A stretch of 25,914 bases of DNA from Candidatus Iainarchaeum sp. (GTDB taxonomy: Archaea > Iainarchaeota > Iainarchaeia > Iainarchaeales > CSSED10-239): assembly GCA_937968065.1 (NCBI GenBank), contig CALBUD010000041.1, positions 1 to 25,914 of the forward strand. The letters run 5' to 3'. Below the pieces are notes generated by a model that was given only the letters and a program-made list of their open reading frames with translations, made no database searches and was not told the DNA's origin. Every line of letters begins with the position of its first letter. Positions within the stretch are counted from its first letter, which is position 1. Positions 1 through 8,270 of this stretch are shown piece after piece. The position numbers and the translations under genes are program-made.

Positions 1-18
1 ACTTTAATTTAAAAAAAG

Positions 19-91
19 TGGTTCTGGGCGGACTTGAACCGCCGATCTTCGCCTTGTAAGGGCGACATCCTAACCACTAGACCACAGAACC
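19..91 (-). tRNA. tRNA-Val (anticodon UAC)
   Basis: The minus strand folds as a 73-nt cloverleaf. Acceptor is GGTTCTG/CAGAACC, the anticodon arm is TCGCC-CTTACAA-GGCGA (anticodon TAC), and the T arm is GGCGG-TTCAAGT-CCGCC. It is a GC-rich island in AT-rich DNA with no intron and no encoded CCA. Confidence 0.88.
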
Positions 92-235
92 TTTTTTTAA
101 TAAAAACAGTATAATGATATAATTAATATAGAAAAGATATAAAAAGCTATTTTTTTACAAAAACAAAAGATTTAAATAAACAATAAGTCATAATATAAGA
201 TATTTATAAAATATCTTTTTAAAGGTGATTTAAAA

Positions 236-667
236 ATGAAACAAAATAGTATATTAAAAATAATAGGAGCTTTTGTTTTCATATTTGGTATATTTTTTCT
301 ATTATTATCAATTACAAATGTGTTTAATGATCTAGATTTTATTGAACAATACAATTCATGTATAGAAATATCAAAATATGAACCTGGAATTTTAGATATC
401 TGTAAAAACAATGTATCTAAAGGTCTTGGAATTGCAATTAGAAACAATCAGGTTGAGCTTACAACAGGGCAATATCTAAAAGTATATATAAGACAAATTA
501 TAAGTATATTATTCTCAGTACTTATGATAATAATTGGTGATTATATATATGTTATTAGCAAAGATAAAAAAACAGAAACAAAAAAGAAAGCAACAGTAAA
601 ACAAAAACCCTTGGCATTAAAAGCAAAGCCAAAAGCTAAAAAAGCAAAATCAAAAAGAAAGAAATAA
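236..667 (+). CDS. Small membrane protein (2 hydrophobic helices, Cys-containing loop) with a Lys/Ala/Pro-rich C-terminal tail
   Basis: 143-aa ORF. GGTGAT Shine-Dalgarno at 224-229, 6 nt before the ATG. Hydrophobic segments are IIGAFVFIFGIFFLLLSI and IISILFSVLMIIIGDYIYV. The tail is KKKATVKQKPLALKAKPKAKKAKSKRKK. No family recognised. Confidence 0.55.
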   Translation: MKQNSILKIIGAFVFIFGIFFLLLSITNVFNDLDFIEQYNSCIEISKYEPGILDICKNNVSKGLGIAIRNNQVELTTGQYLKVYIRQIISILFSVLMIIIGDYIYVISKDKKTETKKKATVKQKPLALKAKPKAKKAKSKRKK

Positions 668-685
668 AATCTTTCTTTTTTTTAA

Positions 686-704
686 TTTTTTTTTTAAAAA
701 AAAA
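686..704. terminator. T10-A9 spacer between convergent genes, a possible bidirectional oligo-T terminator
   Basis: A run of 10 T directly followed by 9 A lies between the stop of the 236..667 ORF and the stop of dnaG (705). Archaeal RNA polymerase terminates at oligo-T tracts, and either strand reads as a T-run here. Confidence 0.35.
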
Positions 705-2402
705 CTATTTTTTTAACTCATTATAAGTTACAATATTTATTTCAGCATCATTTTTTATTTTAGATTTAGGTGATACTAAAAATAAAATATCTTTTTCTTT
801 AGATTGTTTTAATAATTCTGGAGTTATTTCAAGATCTGTAACTACTGCATAAATTTTTCCAGTTTTAAAAGACTTTATTTTTGATAATAGTTCATCACTT
901 TTAGAACTTCCAATTCGTCTTAATTTTTCATTTAAAATTCTTGATTGTCCTTTTCCATCAACTTCTTCTAAAATTGATAAAAAGTTTTTTCTTATCTTAT
1001 CAGTTAATTTTGGAAGAACTATAGTTTTCTTTTTTTGTTTTAGAACATCATTTTCTTTTTTTTCATCAGTTTTAACTTCCATAATTGTTGTTTCTTTTTT
1101 AATAGGAAGTTTAGAATCTTCTTGTTTAAAATCTTTTTTATCTTGAATCTTTGTATCAAATTCTTTTAAAGCAGTTTCAAGTCTTTCTTTTAAAGTATTC
1201 TTTATTTGATTTGATTTATTAAAATCATTTGATTTTGAATCATTTGGTTTAAATGTACCTGGCTCTTTTTTAAAATTAGTTCTAGAATTTTTATAGTTAT
1301 TTCTATTATCGTATGGTTTGTTGTTAGGTTTGTGTCTATTATAACTTTGATTATCAGTCACATCAATTCTTTCAACATCAGGTATATTTGAAAGCATGCT
1401 TGAAAAATCAGAAACTGTTTTTTCTTTATATTTATTTATGTTTTCAAAATTAGATTTAGTTATAACTTTATGATCATTAGTTGCTGAGAATTTTGTGTGT
1501 TTAATAATATTTGAAGAATCTGTAGTATCTTTTTTATAGTCTTTGTTATAATTATTATTATATTTTTCTTTTGAAGAACTTACCTCTAAAATATTAGATT
1601 TAATTCTTCTTCTAAGTGCTTGATTAATCTCTTTTTGAGTTAATTCTTCAACTTCTTTACCATCTGGGGCTCTTGCAATAAAATCTACCTTTACTGATTT
1701 AAGAAGTTGATTTTGTTGAATATCAGCACCTCTATCTCCATCTAAAAATAAAGTAACAGTTTTGTGTTTACAAATATCTGCAAGAGATGCTGGAATTCTA
1801 GCACCACCTGTTGAAATAACATTTGTAAATCCATATTTTAGCATGTTTATAACATCTGCTCTTCCTTCAACAATTATAAGCTCTTTATTTGATTCAACTG
1901 TAGGACCTGCAGGAAGCTTATCAGGACCATAAAGAATTATTTCTTTAGTTTTAAAAGTATTCACAATTTCATCCATAAGCTCTCTTGTATCTGGAATCTC
2001 TTCTTGCATAATTTTGCCTAAAAGATCAATAGCTCTATCTTTTATTTGTTTTCTCTTAAGTCCTCTTGTATCTTCTATCTTTTTAATTACAAATCTAGTA
2101 TCACAAGGACCTACTTTATCAATAGATTCTATTGATGCTCCAATAATTACAGTTTCAACCATTGAAAGAGAACATGGAAGTTTTAAAGTTCCAAATGTTT
2201 TGTTGTTATTATGACTTGTTGTTATCTCTATTCTTCCAATCTTACCATTTTGTTGAAGTTCTTTAATATCTAATTGAGATCCTAAAAGACCTTCTGATTG
2301 ACCAAAAATAGCACCAATAACATCTGGTTTTTCAACAAGACCATCTACTTGAAAATCTGCAACAATCAAATATTTGATTGTTTCTAAATAAGTTTTACCC
2401 AT
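705..2402 (-). CDS. dnaG: Archaeal DnaG-type primase (Toprim domain) with a long low-complexity insertion
   Basis: The N-terminus YLIVADFQVDGLVEKPDVIGAIFGQSEGLLG is typical of archaeal DnaG. The Toprim signature is IIVEGRADVINMLKYGF ... TLFLDGDRGADIQ. The conserved C-terminal module is KIYAVVTDLEITPELLKQSKEKDILFLV. GGTGAT SD at 2409-2414, 6 nt upstream of the ATG. Confidence 0.85.
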   Translation of the reverse strand: MGKTYLETIKYLIVADFQVDGLVEKPDVIGAIFGQSEGLLGSQLDIKELQQNGKIGRIEITTSHNNNKTFGTLKLPCSLSMVETVIIGASIESIDKVGPCDTRFVIKKIEDTRGLKRKQIKDRAIDLLGKIMQEEIPDTRELMDEIVNTFKTKEIILYGPDKLPAGPTVESNKELIIVEGRADVINMLKYGFTNVISTGGARIPASLADICKHKTVTLFLDGDRGADIQQNQLLKSVKVDFIARAPDGKEVEELTQKEINQALRRRIKSNILEVSSSKEKYNNNYNKDYKKDTTDSSNIIKHTKFSATNDHKVITKSNFENINKYKEKTVSDFSSMLSNIPDVERIDVTDNQSYNRHKPNNKPYDNRNNYKNSRTNFKKEPGTFKPNDSKSNDFNKSNQIKNTLKERLETALKEFDTKIQDKKDFKQEDSKLPIKKETTIMEVKTDEKKENDVLKQKKKTIVLPKLTDKIRKNFLSILEEVDGKGQSRILNEKLRRIGSSKSDELLSKIKSFKTGKIYAVVTDLEITPELLKQSKEKDILFLVSPKSKIKNDAEINIVTYNELKK

Positions 2403-2516
2403 TTTAAAATCACCTGTTTTGTATATCTTTTTATAAAATTAGACCTTTTTTTATTTAAAAACAGAGATTTTATTATAAAAAACTTTTAAAAAGCAATTAA
2501 AAATATTCTTTAAATA

Positions 2517-2750
2517 TTATAAGATTTCTATTAACTTATGTTTTGATTTTTCGCCTTTAACAATATTTATTAAATACCCCAAAGATTTAAAAAATTCTAT
2601 TAATTCTTTGTTTGCTTTACCTTTAATTGCTTTTGATTTTAATTTAACTTTATAAATTCCTGAAAACTCTTGGATTTCTGCTTCTTTTGAGTTACAAACC
2701 ACTATAACTTCAATTATTTGTTTTGTTTTAAACTGTAATTTTGGAATCAT
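2517..2750 (-). CDS. DUF167/YggU-like small protein
   Basis: 77 aa. The core VKLKSKAIKGKANKELIEFFKSLGYLINIVKGEKSKHKLIEI matches the G-K-A-N ... G..S..K pattern of the UPF0235/DUF167 family. Confidence 0.55.
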   Translation of the reverse strand: MIPKLQFKTKQIIEVIVVCNSKEAEIQEFSGIYKVKLKSKAIKGKANKELIEFFKSLGYLINIVKGEKSKHKLIEIL

Positions 2751-2971
2751 TTTATTATTAATTTATTTTTAAAAGATAAATTTTTTAAAAGTTTATAAAC
2801 GATCTCTATTTTTTTAAAAAGATCTATTAATTAATTTTTTTAATAAATTTTAAATTATTGTAGATCATGTATATATCTAAAAATAAATATATTCTCTACT
2901 GAAATATTATAGCATCAAACTATATATAAACATTATTGTTCTAAAATATATTTATATATAAGGATTTAAAT

Positions 2972-3361
2972 ATGAAACATAAAAAAAAAGGTTCAAATGC
3001 TGAAAGAGAACTACTTTTAATGTTTTTTAATAGTGGTTTTGCAGCAGCAAGAGTTGCAGGATCAGGTTCCTCCTCTCTTCCAACTCCAGATATCATAGTT
3101 ATTAAAGAAAATAAAGGATATGCTATTGAATGTAAGACAAAATCAGGAGAATACCTTAACATTAAAGAAGAACAAATAAAAGAGCTTGAAACTTGGGAAA
3201 AATTATCAGGAAATAAAGCTTATGTTGCTTGGAGACTTACAAAAAATGAATGGTATTTTTTACATTATAAAGAAATGAAAAAGACAAAAAAAGCATTTTC
3301 TATAAAAAAAGAAGAAATTAAAGAAAAAGGACAAATATTTAATGATTTTATTAAAAAATAA
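2972..3361 (+). CDS. hjc: Holliday junction resolvase Hjc
   Basis: The motifs KKGSNAERELLLMFFNSGFAAARVAGSG ... PDIIVIKENKGYAIECKTK follow the archaeal Hjc nuclease pattern (G..AEREL..GFA..R.AGS ... D ... IE.K). Size is 129 aa. Confidence 0.85.
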   Translation: MKHKKKGSNAERELLLMFFNSGFAAARVAGSGSSSLPTPDIIVIKENKGYAIECKTKSGEYLNIKEEQIKELETWEKLSGNKAYVAWRLTKNEWYFLHYKEMKKTKKAFSIKKEEIKEKGQIFNDFIKK

Positions 3362-3375
3362 AAATGGAGATAATA

Positions 3376-3513
3376 TATGTTTTTAGAACTTGAAGAAGTA
3401 ATTAATAGTTTAACAAGAGATTTAAAAAAAGAAAAAGGTCTTAAAAATAAAGTTCTTTATGAAAATGCTATAAAAGCATTAAAAGAACTTAAAGAAAGAA
3501 AAGATACTAGATA
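3376..3513 (+). CDS. Possible 45-aa Lys/Glu-rich helical mini-protein (not in the ORF track)
   Basis: ATG at 3376 is preceded by GGAG, 7 nt upstream. Translation is MFLELEEVINSLTRDLKKEKGLKNKVLYENAIKALKELKERKDTR, with stop TAA at 3511-3513. It begins 14 nt after the hjc stop. No homology recognised. Confidence 0.3.
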
Positions 3514-3514
3514 A

Positions 3515-3534
3515 CTTTTTTTTAGAAAAAAAAA
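3515..3534. terminator. T8-AG-A10 spacer between convergent genes, a possible bidirectional oligo-T terminator
   Basis: TTTTTTTTAGAAAAAAAAAA lies between the stop of the 3376..3513 ORF and the stop of the 3539..4048 ORF. Confidence 0.3.
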
Positions 3535-3538
3535 GAAA

Positions 3539-4048
3539 TTATCTTCTGCCCCTTCTTGGTTTTATTAAAATATTCTTTTTTTTAGAAAAAGAAAAAACTT
3601 TTTTTGATTTTTTTAAAGAATCTTGCTTTCTTTTATAAATAATATTTGAATCTATTTTTTTAACTAAAGGATTTACAACAAGACCATCAATAAATTTTTT
3701 AAAACCTAATTTTCTTAAATGAGTAAAAACTCTTAATCTTAGTTTTGTACCAATTTTTAAATTTCTATATTTTGAAGAAACATAAAAAGATTTACAATAA
3801 AATTGATCTTTTGAAAAAACCCATCCTTCTATAAAACCTGCAACTTCTTTATTGTAAAATACTAAAAATAGTTTTGTATTTTGAAAATTTCTTTTTGTAT
3901 AATTTTTTTTAAAATTTTGAAAAGAATCATTCCAGTTTGCTTCTTTTTGTAAAATATTATGTATTTGAGAAAGTATATTTTTATCAAGTTCATGAAAGTT
4001 ATAAATATCTATCATCTTATATGAAATACTTTTATCTAAATTATTCAT
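3539..4048 (-). CDS. Putative GNAT-family N-acetyltransferase with a basic C-terminal tail
   Basis: 169 aa. FLVFYNKEVAGFIEGWV ... FYVSSKYRNLKIGTKLRLRVFTHLRKLGFKKF resembles the GNAT beta4-alpha3 acetyl-CoA motif (R..G.G..L). Its start overlaps the pth2 stop by 4 nt. Confidence 0.45.
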   Translation of the reverse strand: MNNLDKSISYKMIDIYNFHELDKNILSQIHNILQKEANWNDSFQNFKKNYTKRNFQNTKLFLVFYNKEVAGFIEGWVFSKDQFYCKSFYVSSKYRNLKIGTKLRLRVFTHLRKLGFKKFIDGLVVNPLVKKIDSNIIYKRKQDSLKKSKKVFSFSKKKNILIKPRRGRR

Positions 4049-4392
4049 AATAACTTATATTTTTTTGTAAATCTATCAATTTCACTTTCTTTTATAGGCC
4101 CAATACCAACACAAGTATAATCAGGTTCTTTAAGTTGAGTTAAACCTGCATCTTTAATTAAAACTGCAGGAAAAAAAGATTTTACTTCTTTAAAAACATT
4201 TAAAAGTTCTTCACGGGACTCAACTTTTAAAACAACTTTTTTTTGACCAAAAGATAACCACTCTTCAGTTATTTTAGGTGTTTTTCTAGAAGCTAGAAGA
4301 TAAGCCTCTAAAGAGGCATGAGATGCTTGTGAAGCAATTTTTCCTTTTCCAAGCTTTAAATCATTTCTTATAATTATTATTTGTTTATACAT
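4045..4392 (-). CDS. pth2: Peptidyl-tRNA hydrolase, archaeal type (Pth2)
   Basis: KQIIIIRNDLKLGKGKIASQASHASLEAY ... KVVLKV ... AVLIKDAGLTQLKEPDYTCVGIGP is the Pth2 signature. I place the start at the internal ATG (4392), 2 nt after the upstream ORF stop. The tracked ORF extends to 4464 but would overlap the upstream gene by 70 nt. Confidence 0.85.
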   Translation of the reverse strand: MYKQIIIIRNDLKLGKGKIASQASHASLEAYLLASRKTPKITEEWLSFGQKKVVLKVESREELLNVFKEVKSFFPAVLIKDAGLTQLKEPDYTCVGIGPIKESEIDRFTKKYKLL

Positions 4393-4394
4393 AT

Positions 4395-4730
4395 TTATTC
4401 TGTATAGTTTTCTCCTAAAATACCAAGATATGTTATTGTTAAAGTTACTTGGTTTCTTCCCCACATAGAAGTTACTTGTTTAGGATCATTTATTTTTAAT
4501 GTGGTGTTATATTCATATCCTTTATGTTCATTTTTTACAAGATAATGTCTATCATACTCTAAGATAACTTCTTTTGAGTTTCCTGATAATAGTTTAAAGA
4601 TATGTCCTTGTTTTTCATCTTCTTCAAAAGTATCATTAATTTCTGCATAAACTTTTTTACTTTCTTCTAAATTTCTAGAAGGATTTTCCATATTTACTAT
4701 TTTTTTCTTGATTCTAAAGACATATTCCAT
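4395..4730 (-). CDS. Hypothetical protein (111 aa), first gene of an apparent three-gene unit with pth2 and the GNAT-like gene
   Basis: Strong AAGGAGAG SD (4737-4744) upstream of the ATG. There are no cysteines and the C-terminal half looks beta-rich. No family recognised. Confidence 0.5.
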   Translation of the reverse strand: MEYVFRIKKKIVNMENPSRNLEESKKVYAEINDTFEEDEKQGHIFKLLSGNSKEVILEYDRHYLVKNEHKGYEYNTTLKINDPKQVTSMWGRNQVTLTITYLGILGENYTE

Positions 4731-4891
4731 GTATATCTCTCCTTTTTTATTAATTATCTATTTAAAATATAAAACTTGTATATTAAAGTAAAGACAAATA
4801 AGTTTAAAAACAGATATATTTAATTAAATTTTTAGCTTTATAAAAACTATTTATATATATATATTTTTTAAAATATATAATTAGATAATAT

Positions 4892-5881
4892 TTACCAATT
4901 TATAATTACTTGATCAGTTCTTTCTAATGGATCAATTGTTGTTTGTTCTAATTTTTGTGTACCATCATAAATATAATGTTTAAGACCTAAATCAGCAATC
5001 ATTAAACCATTATCAAGGCATACTGAAACAGGAGGGATAAATAATTTTATTTTTCTTTGTTTTGAAAATTTTTCAAGCATTTCTTTTAAAGCTTTTGAAG
5101 CTGCAACACCACCAATAACCATTATTTCTTTTTTCTTAGTATATGATAAACCTCTTTCACAAACCTCTAAAAGCATAGCATAAGCTGTATGCATAAAAGA
5201 ATAAACTAAATCTTCTTGTTTTACTTTTCCAATCTTTTTTATAGAAGAGGTTAAAAGACCTGAAAAAACAATATCCATTCCTTTTACAGAATATGGAAGT
5301 TCTATATAATTATTTGATTTAAAATAGATTTGATCTAAAACAGGACCACCTGGAAAACCATATCCAAGCTCTCTTGCAAAAGAATCAAAAAGATTTCCAA
5401 GACCAATATCTAAAGTCTCTCCTAAAATCTTATATCTTTTGTTATCTTTTGCTATAATCTGTGTGTTTGCACCAGAAGTGTATATAAATAAAGGATCTTT
5501 TGCTTTCATTAATGTTTTTCCAATCTCTAAGTGTGCAACACAATGATTAACACCAACAATTGGTTTATTATATTTTGTTGCTAAAGCTCTTGCAAGAGTT
5601 GCTCCAACAGATAAACAAGGAGCAAGACCAGGACTCTTTGAAAAAGAAATAACATCTATATCTTTCATAGTTAGTTTTGCATGATCTAAAGCCTCTTTTA
5701 AACAATCTAATGAGTTTTGGTAATGAAAAATAGAGGCATCATAGGGTTTTATACCTTCTCCTTTGGTTTTTGAAACATATTGTTTCTTTATGTTAGAATA
5801 TACTTTTCCTTTATCATCAATTATTCCAACACCAAGGGTATGTGCTGTTGATTCTATTCCTAGAGAAATTATTTTTTTCAT
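4892..5881 (-). CDS. kae1: tRNA N6-adenosine threonylcarbamoyltransferase Kae1
   Basis: LGIESTAHTLGVGIID at the N-terminus, the metal-binding VNHCVAHLEIG, and GGVAAS near the C-terminus. At 329 aa it is stand-alone and not fused to Bud32. Confidence 0.9.
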   Translation of the reverse strand: MKKIISLGIESTAHTLGVGIIDDKGKVYSNIKKQYVSKTKGEGIKPYDASIFHYQNSLDCLKEALDHAKLTMKDIDVISFSKSPGLAPCLSVGATLARALATKYNKPIVGVNHCVAHLEIGKTLMKAKDPLFIYTSGANTQIIAKDNKRYKILGETLDIGLGNLFDSFARELGYGFPGGPVLDQIYFKSNNYIELPYSVKGMDIVFSGLLTSSIKKIGKVKQEDLVYSFMHTAYAMLLEVCERGLSYTKKKEIMVIGGVAASKALKEMLEKFSKQRKIKLFIPPVSVCLDNGLMIADLGLKHYIYDGTQKLEQTTIDPLERTDQVIINW

Positions 5882-5961
5882 AAGTTTTTCAAAAAAGATT
5901 TATTATTAAATAATAAAGATAAAAAAAGAATAAAAAGAGAATTGTTTTTAAAAAAAAACAA

Positions 5962-8061
5962 TTATGGATTTAAATTTTTTAAATTAGACCAATAATTATT
6001 AACAAATAAATACCAAGCAATTTTTCTTACAGATCCAGCAGTAGACACACACTCTAATTTGTTATAATTTACAGATTGATTAAGTACACCATTTTGTGTG
6101 CTATGACCCCAAATATTTTCAGCATTAGGATCACAATTAAAAATCATTTTTTTATTTGGATCATATCCATTAAAAAATATTTCTGCAAAATCATTAGATA
6201 ATTGATGTTTATAAAATTGCATAAACGCTTTTTCAATATTTGAGTAATCATTATATGCTTTAGCAGTTGTATTTCTCATAATTTCTAAATGATATTTAAA
6301 TACTGCAAGACCTAAATATAATGAATAATTAGCATCAACATTTTCTATATCTTCAAAATAATTTTGATATTTATCAAATCCTTTATGTTCTGAAACAATA
6401 AATTTTTCTATTTTATTATAAGACTCTTTATTATTCCAACTTTCATTTATTTGAACAAATCCAAATGAATTTTCATTTAGTCCAGATTCTACATTATGAT
6501 TAAAAGAAGATTCTCCTCCAATTATTGAAAAGAAAATTTTTTGCTCATTTTCAGAAAGATTGAAATTATCTAACTCTGAAAAAAATAATTTTACATTAGG
6601 TTTATTATAAATAATATTAGTATCCATCAAAGAATATCTATGTTGAATCTCTAAAAAGAATGTTTTTTTAAAATCATCTGTTGCATTAGGACCTGTATTA
6701 AATATTTTATAGTAATTTATATCTTGATTTAAATCAAAAAAAGAAAAGTCACATAATATTTTATAATCTCCACTATATTTACAAGAAAGTTCAGAAATAT
6801 TCACTCCTCCTGGAAGCCAATCAGGTAAGGTACAATTTATACAATAAACTTCATTTATTATTTTTTGATGTGTTTTATATTTTAAAATATTATTATATTC
6901 TTCAGATGTAACTTTTATTAAAAAGAAATAATCAATTAAATCTTTTACTTCTTGATTTTCTGAATCTTTATAAACAGATATAAAGTAACTATCATCTAAT
7001 TGAGTATTTAATATAGAAAACTCTTTTGTTGGCATATTATATTTTAAATTAGATCCAACTGTTAAAAAGTTTTTGCCTGCAGGTGCAGTAACTGTAAAAG
7101 ATTTAGCAGAAACATCTGGAAAATTTTCTTTCTTTATGTTTTCTGGAGAATATTTATTTGTAACTAAATTATAATCTCCTTCAAAATTTCCAGAAACAAT
7201 TAAGTCAATTAATGAAAGATTAGTTTCTGATTCTTTTCCTGTAACTACCTTAAAATAACAAATTTTATTTTCACAAATTAAATAATCATTAAAAATTTTA
7301 TTTTTAAGATTAATTCTAATGTTTTGGGAAGAAGTTTGTGCTGTTGTTTCTTGAGAATCATCAGTATCTGCATCCTCTTGACTTTCATTCTCTTCATTTA
7401 AAACAGATTTCTTTGAATTAAAAGATCCAAAAACATAAGTAGCTTTTGCAAGATTTTCTTTTTTATCATAAAAATTATCAGCCTCTCCTCTAAATCTCAC
7501 ACTAGCTCCACAATGATCAACAAAATATAAATAAACCATATCCATATCTGGATTATTAGATAAAGAGTACTTAAATTCTTTAGAATATCCTTTTTTAAAG
7601 TCACCTAAACTTTCGTCAAATAATACATTAAATTTATTATCTGAAACTATATTACTAAATGTAGTTTGAAGAAAAGAAAGATTATTTAAATTAAAATAAA
7701 AATCTTTTACTCCGCCAAGACCGTGAGTTACATTATACCCTCTTGCTCTAAAATAATACCAAACAATACTATCTAGTTCTTTTTCTTTTTCATAATTTAA
7801 TTTTTCTTCAGTAAAAAAAGCAAAAGTGTATATTCCTTTATAAGAGGTTGGACCAATCCAAAATTCTCTAGTTGTACATTTATTTCTATCTTTCCAATTA
7901 TTTTGGATTTTAAAAGTTAATTCGTCATTTGAAAGTTCAAGAATATCAAATTGCCATCCAACTGTGTTTGATTCAGATTGAATAAATTCATTAGCAAAAA
8001 CAACTCCTGAAACAATTAATAACATAAAAAATATTACAAAAATACTTAATCTTTTATACAT
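5962..8061 (-). CDS. Secreted multidomain protein with a C-terminal SLT/lytic-transglycosylase-like region
   Basis: The N-terminal signal-like segment is MYKRLSIFVIFFMLLIVSGVVFA|NE. An acidic linker NEENESQEDADTDDSQETTAQTSSQ lies at about residues 222-246. A Cys-containing middle region follows. C-terminal motifs are GGESSF (E517-S518), FGFVQI, YSLYLGLAVFKY and AKAYNDY. AAGAGGTT SD lies upstream. Confidence 0.6.
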   Translation of the reverse strand: MYKRLSIFVIFFMLLIVSGVVFANEFIQSESNTVGWQFDILELSNDELTFKIQNNWKDRNKCTTREFWIGPTSYKGIYTFAFFTEEKLNYEKEKELDSIVWYYFRARGYNVTHGLGGVKDFYFNLNNLSFLQTTFSNIVSDNKFNVLFDESLGDFKKGYSKEFKYSLSNNPDMDMVYLYFVDHCGASVRFRGEADNFYDKKENLAKATYVFGSFNSKKSVLNEENESQEDADTDDSQETTAQTSSQNIRINLKNKIFNDYLICENKICYFKVVTGKESETNLSLIDLIVSGNFEGDYNLVTNKYSPENIKKENFPDVSAKSFTVTAPAGKNFLTVGSNLKYNMPTKEFSILNTQLDDSYFISVYKDSENQEVKDLIDYFFLIKVTSEEYNNILKYKTHQKIINEVYCINCTLPDWLPGGVNISELSCKYSGDYKILCDFSFFDLNQDINYYKIFNTGPNATDDFKKTFFLEIQHRYSLMDTNIIYNKPNVKLFFSELDNFNLSENEQKIFFSIIGGESSFNHNVESGLNENSFGFVQINESWNNKESYNKIEKFIVSEHKGFDKYQNYFEDIENVDANYSLYLGLAVFKYHLEIMRNTTAKAYNDYSNIEKAFMQFYKHQLSNDFAEIFFNGYDPNKKMIFNCDPNAENIWGHSTQNGVLNQSVNYNKLECVSTAGSVRKIAWYLFVNNYWSNLKNLNP

Positions 8062-8270
8062 TCTATAAAACCTCTTTAATCATAATTAATAACTCTAATT
8101 TCAGTTAATAAATTATATTAGTATTAGATATAAATATAAGATACAATATATTTATATATATTATGTTAAGTTTAAATATTTAAACTTTTTTTAAAATAAA
8201 GAATATTTATAAACATTTTAGACTATATATATATAATTTAATAAAAAAGTATCACAAAGGTGAAAAAAAT

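Noticed and set aside
172-447. 91-aa minus-strand ORF overlapping the start of the 236..667 gene
   Set aside because: It has no SD and lies antisense to an ORF that has a consensus GGTGAT SD and clear transmembrane helices. Its composition is typical of shadow ORFs in AT-rich DNA.
2014-2214. 66-aa plus-strand ORF inside dnaG
   Set aside because: It is antisense to the well-supported DnaG Toprim region, so it is a shadow ORF.
2941-3162. 73-aa minus-strand ORF overlapping hjc
   Set aside because: It is antisense to Hjc, whose nuclease motifs are unambiguous.
4393-4464. 24-codon N-terminal extension of the pth2 ORF as tracked
   Set aside because: The extension would overlap the upstream 111-aa ORF by 70 nt, and it precedes the point where Pth2 similarity begins (MYKQIIIIRNDL). 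The internal ATG at 4392 sits 2 nt after the upstream stop.
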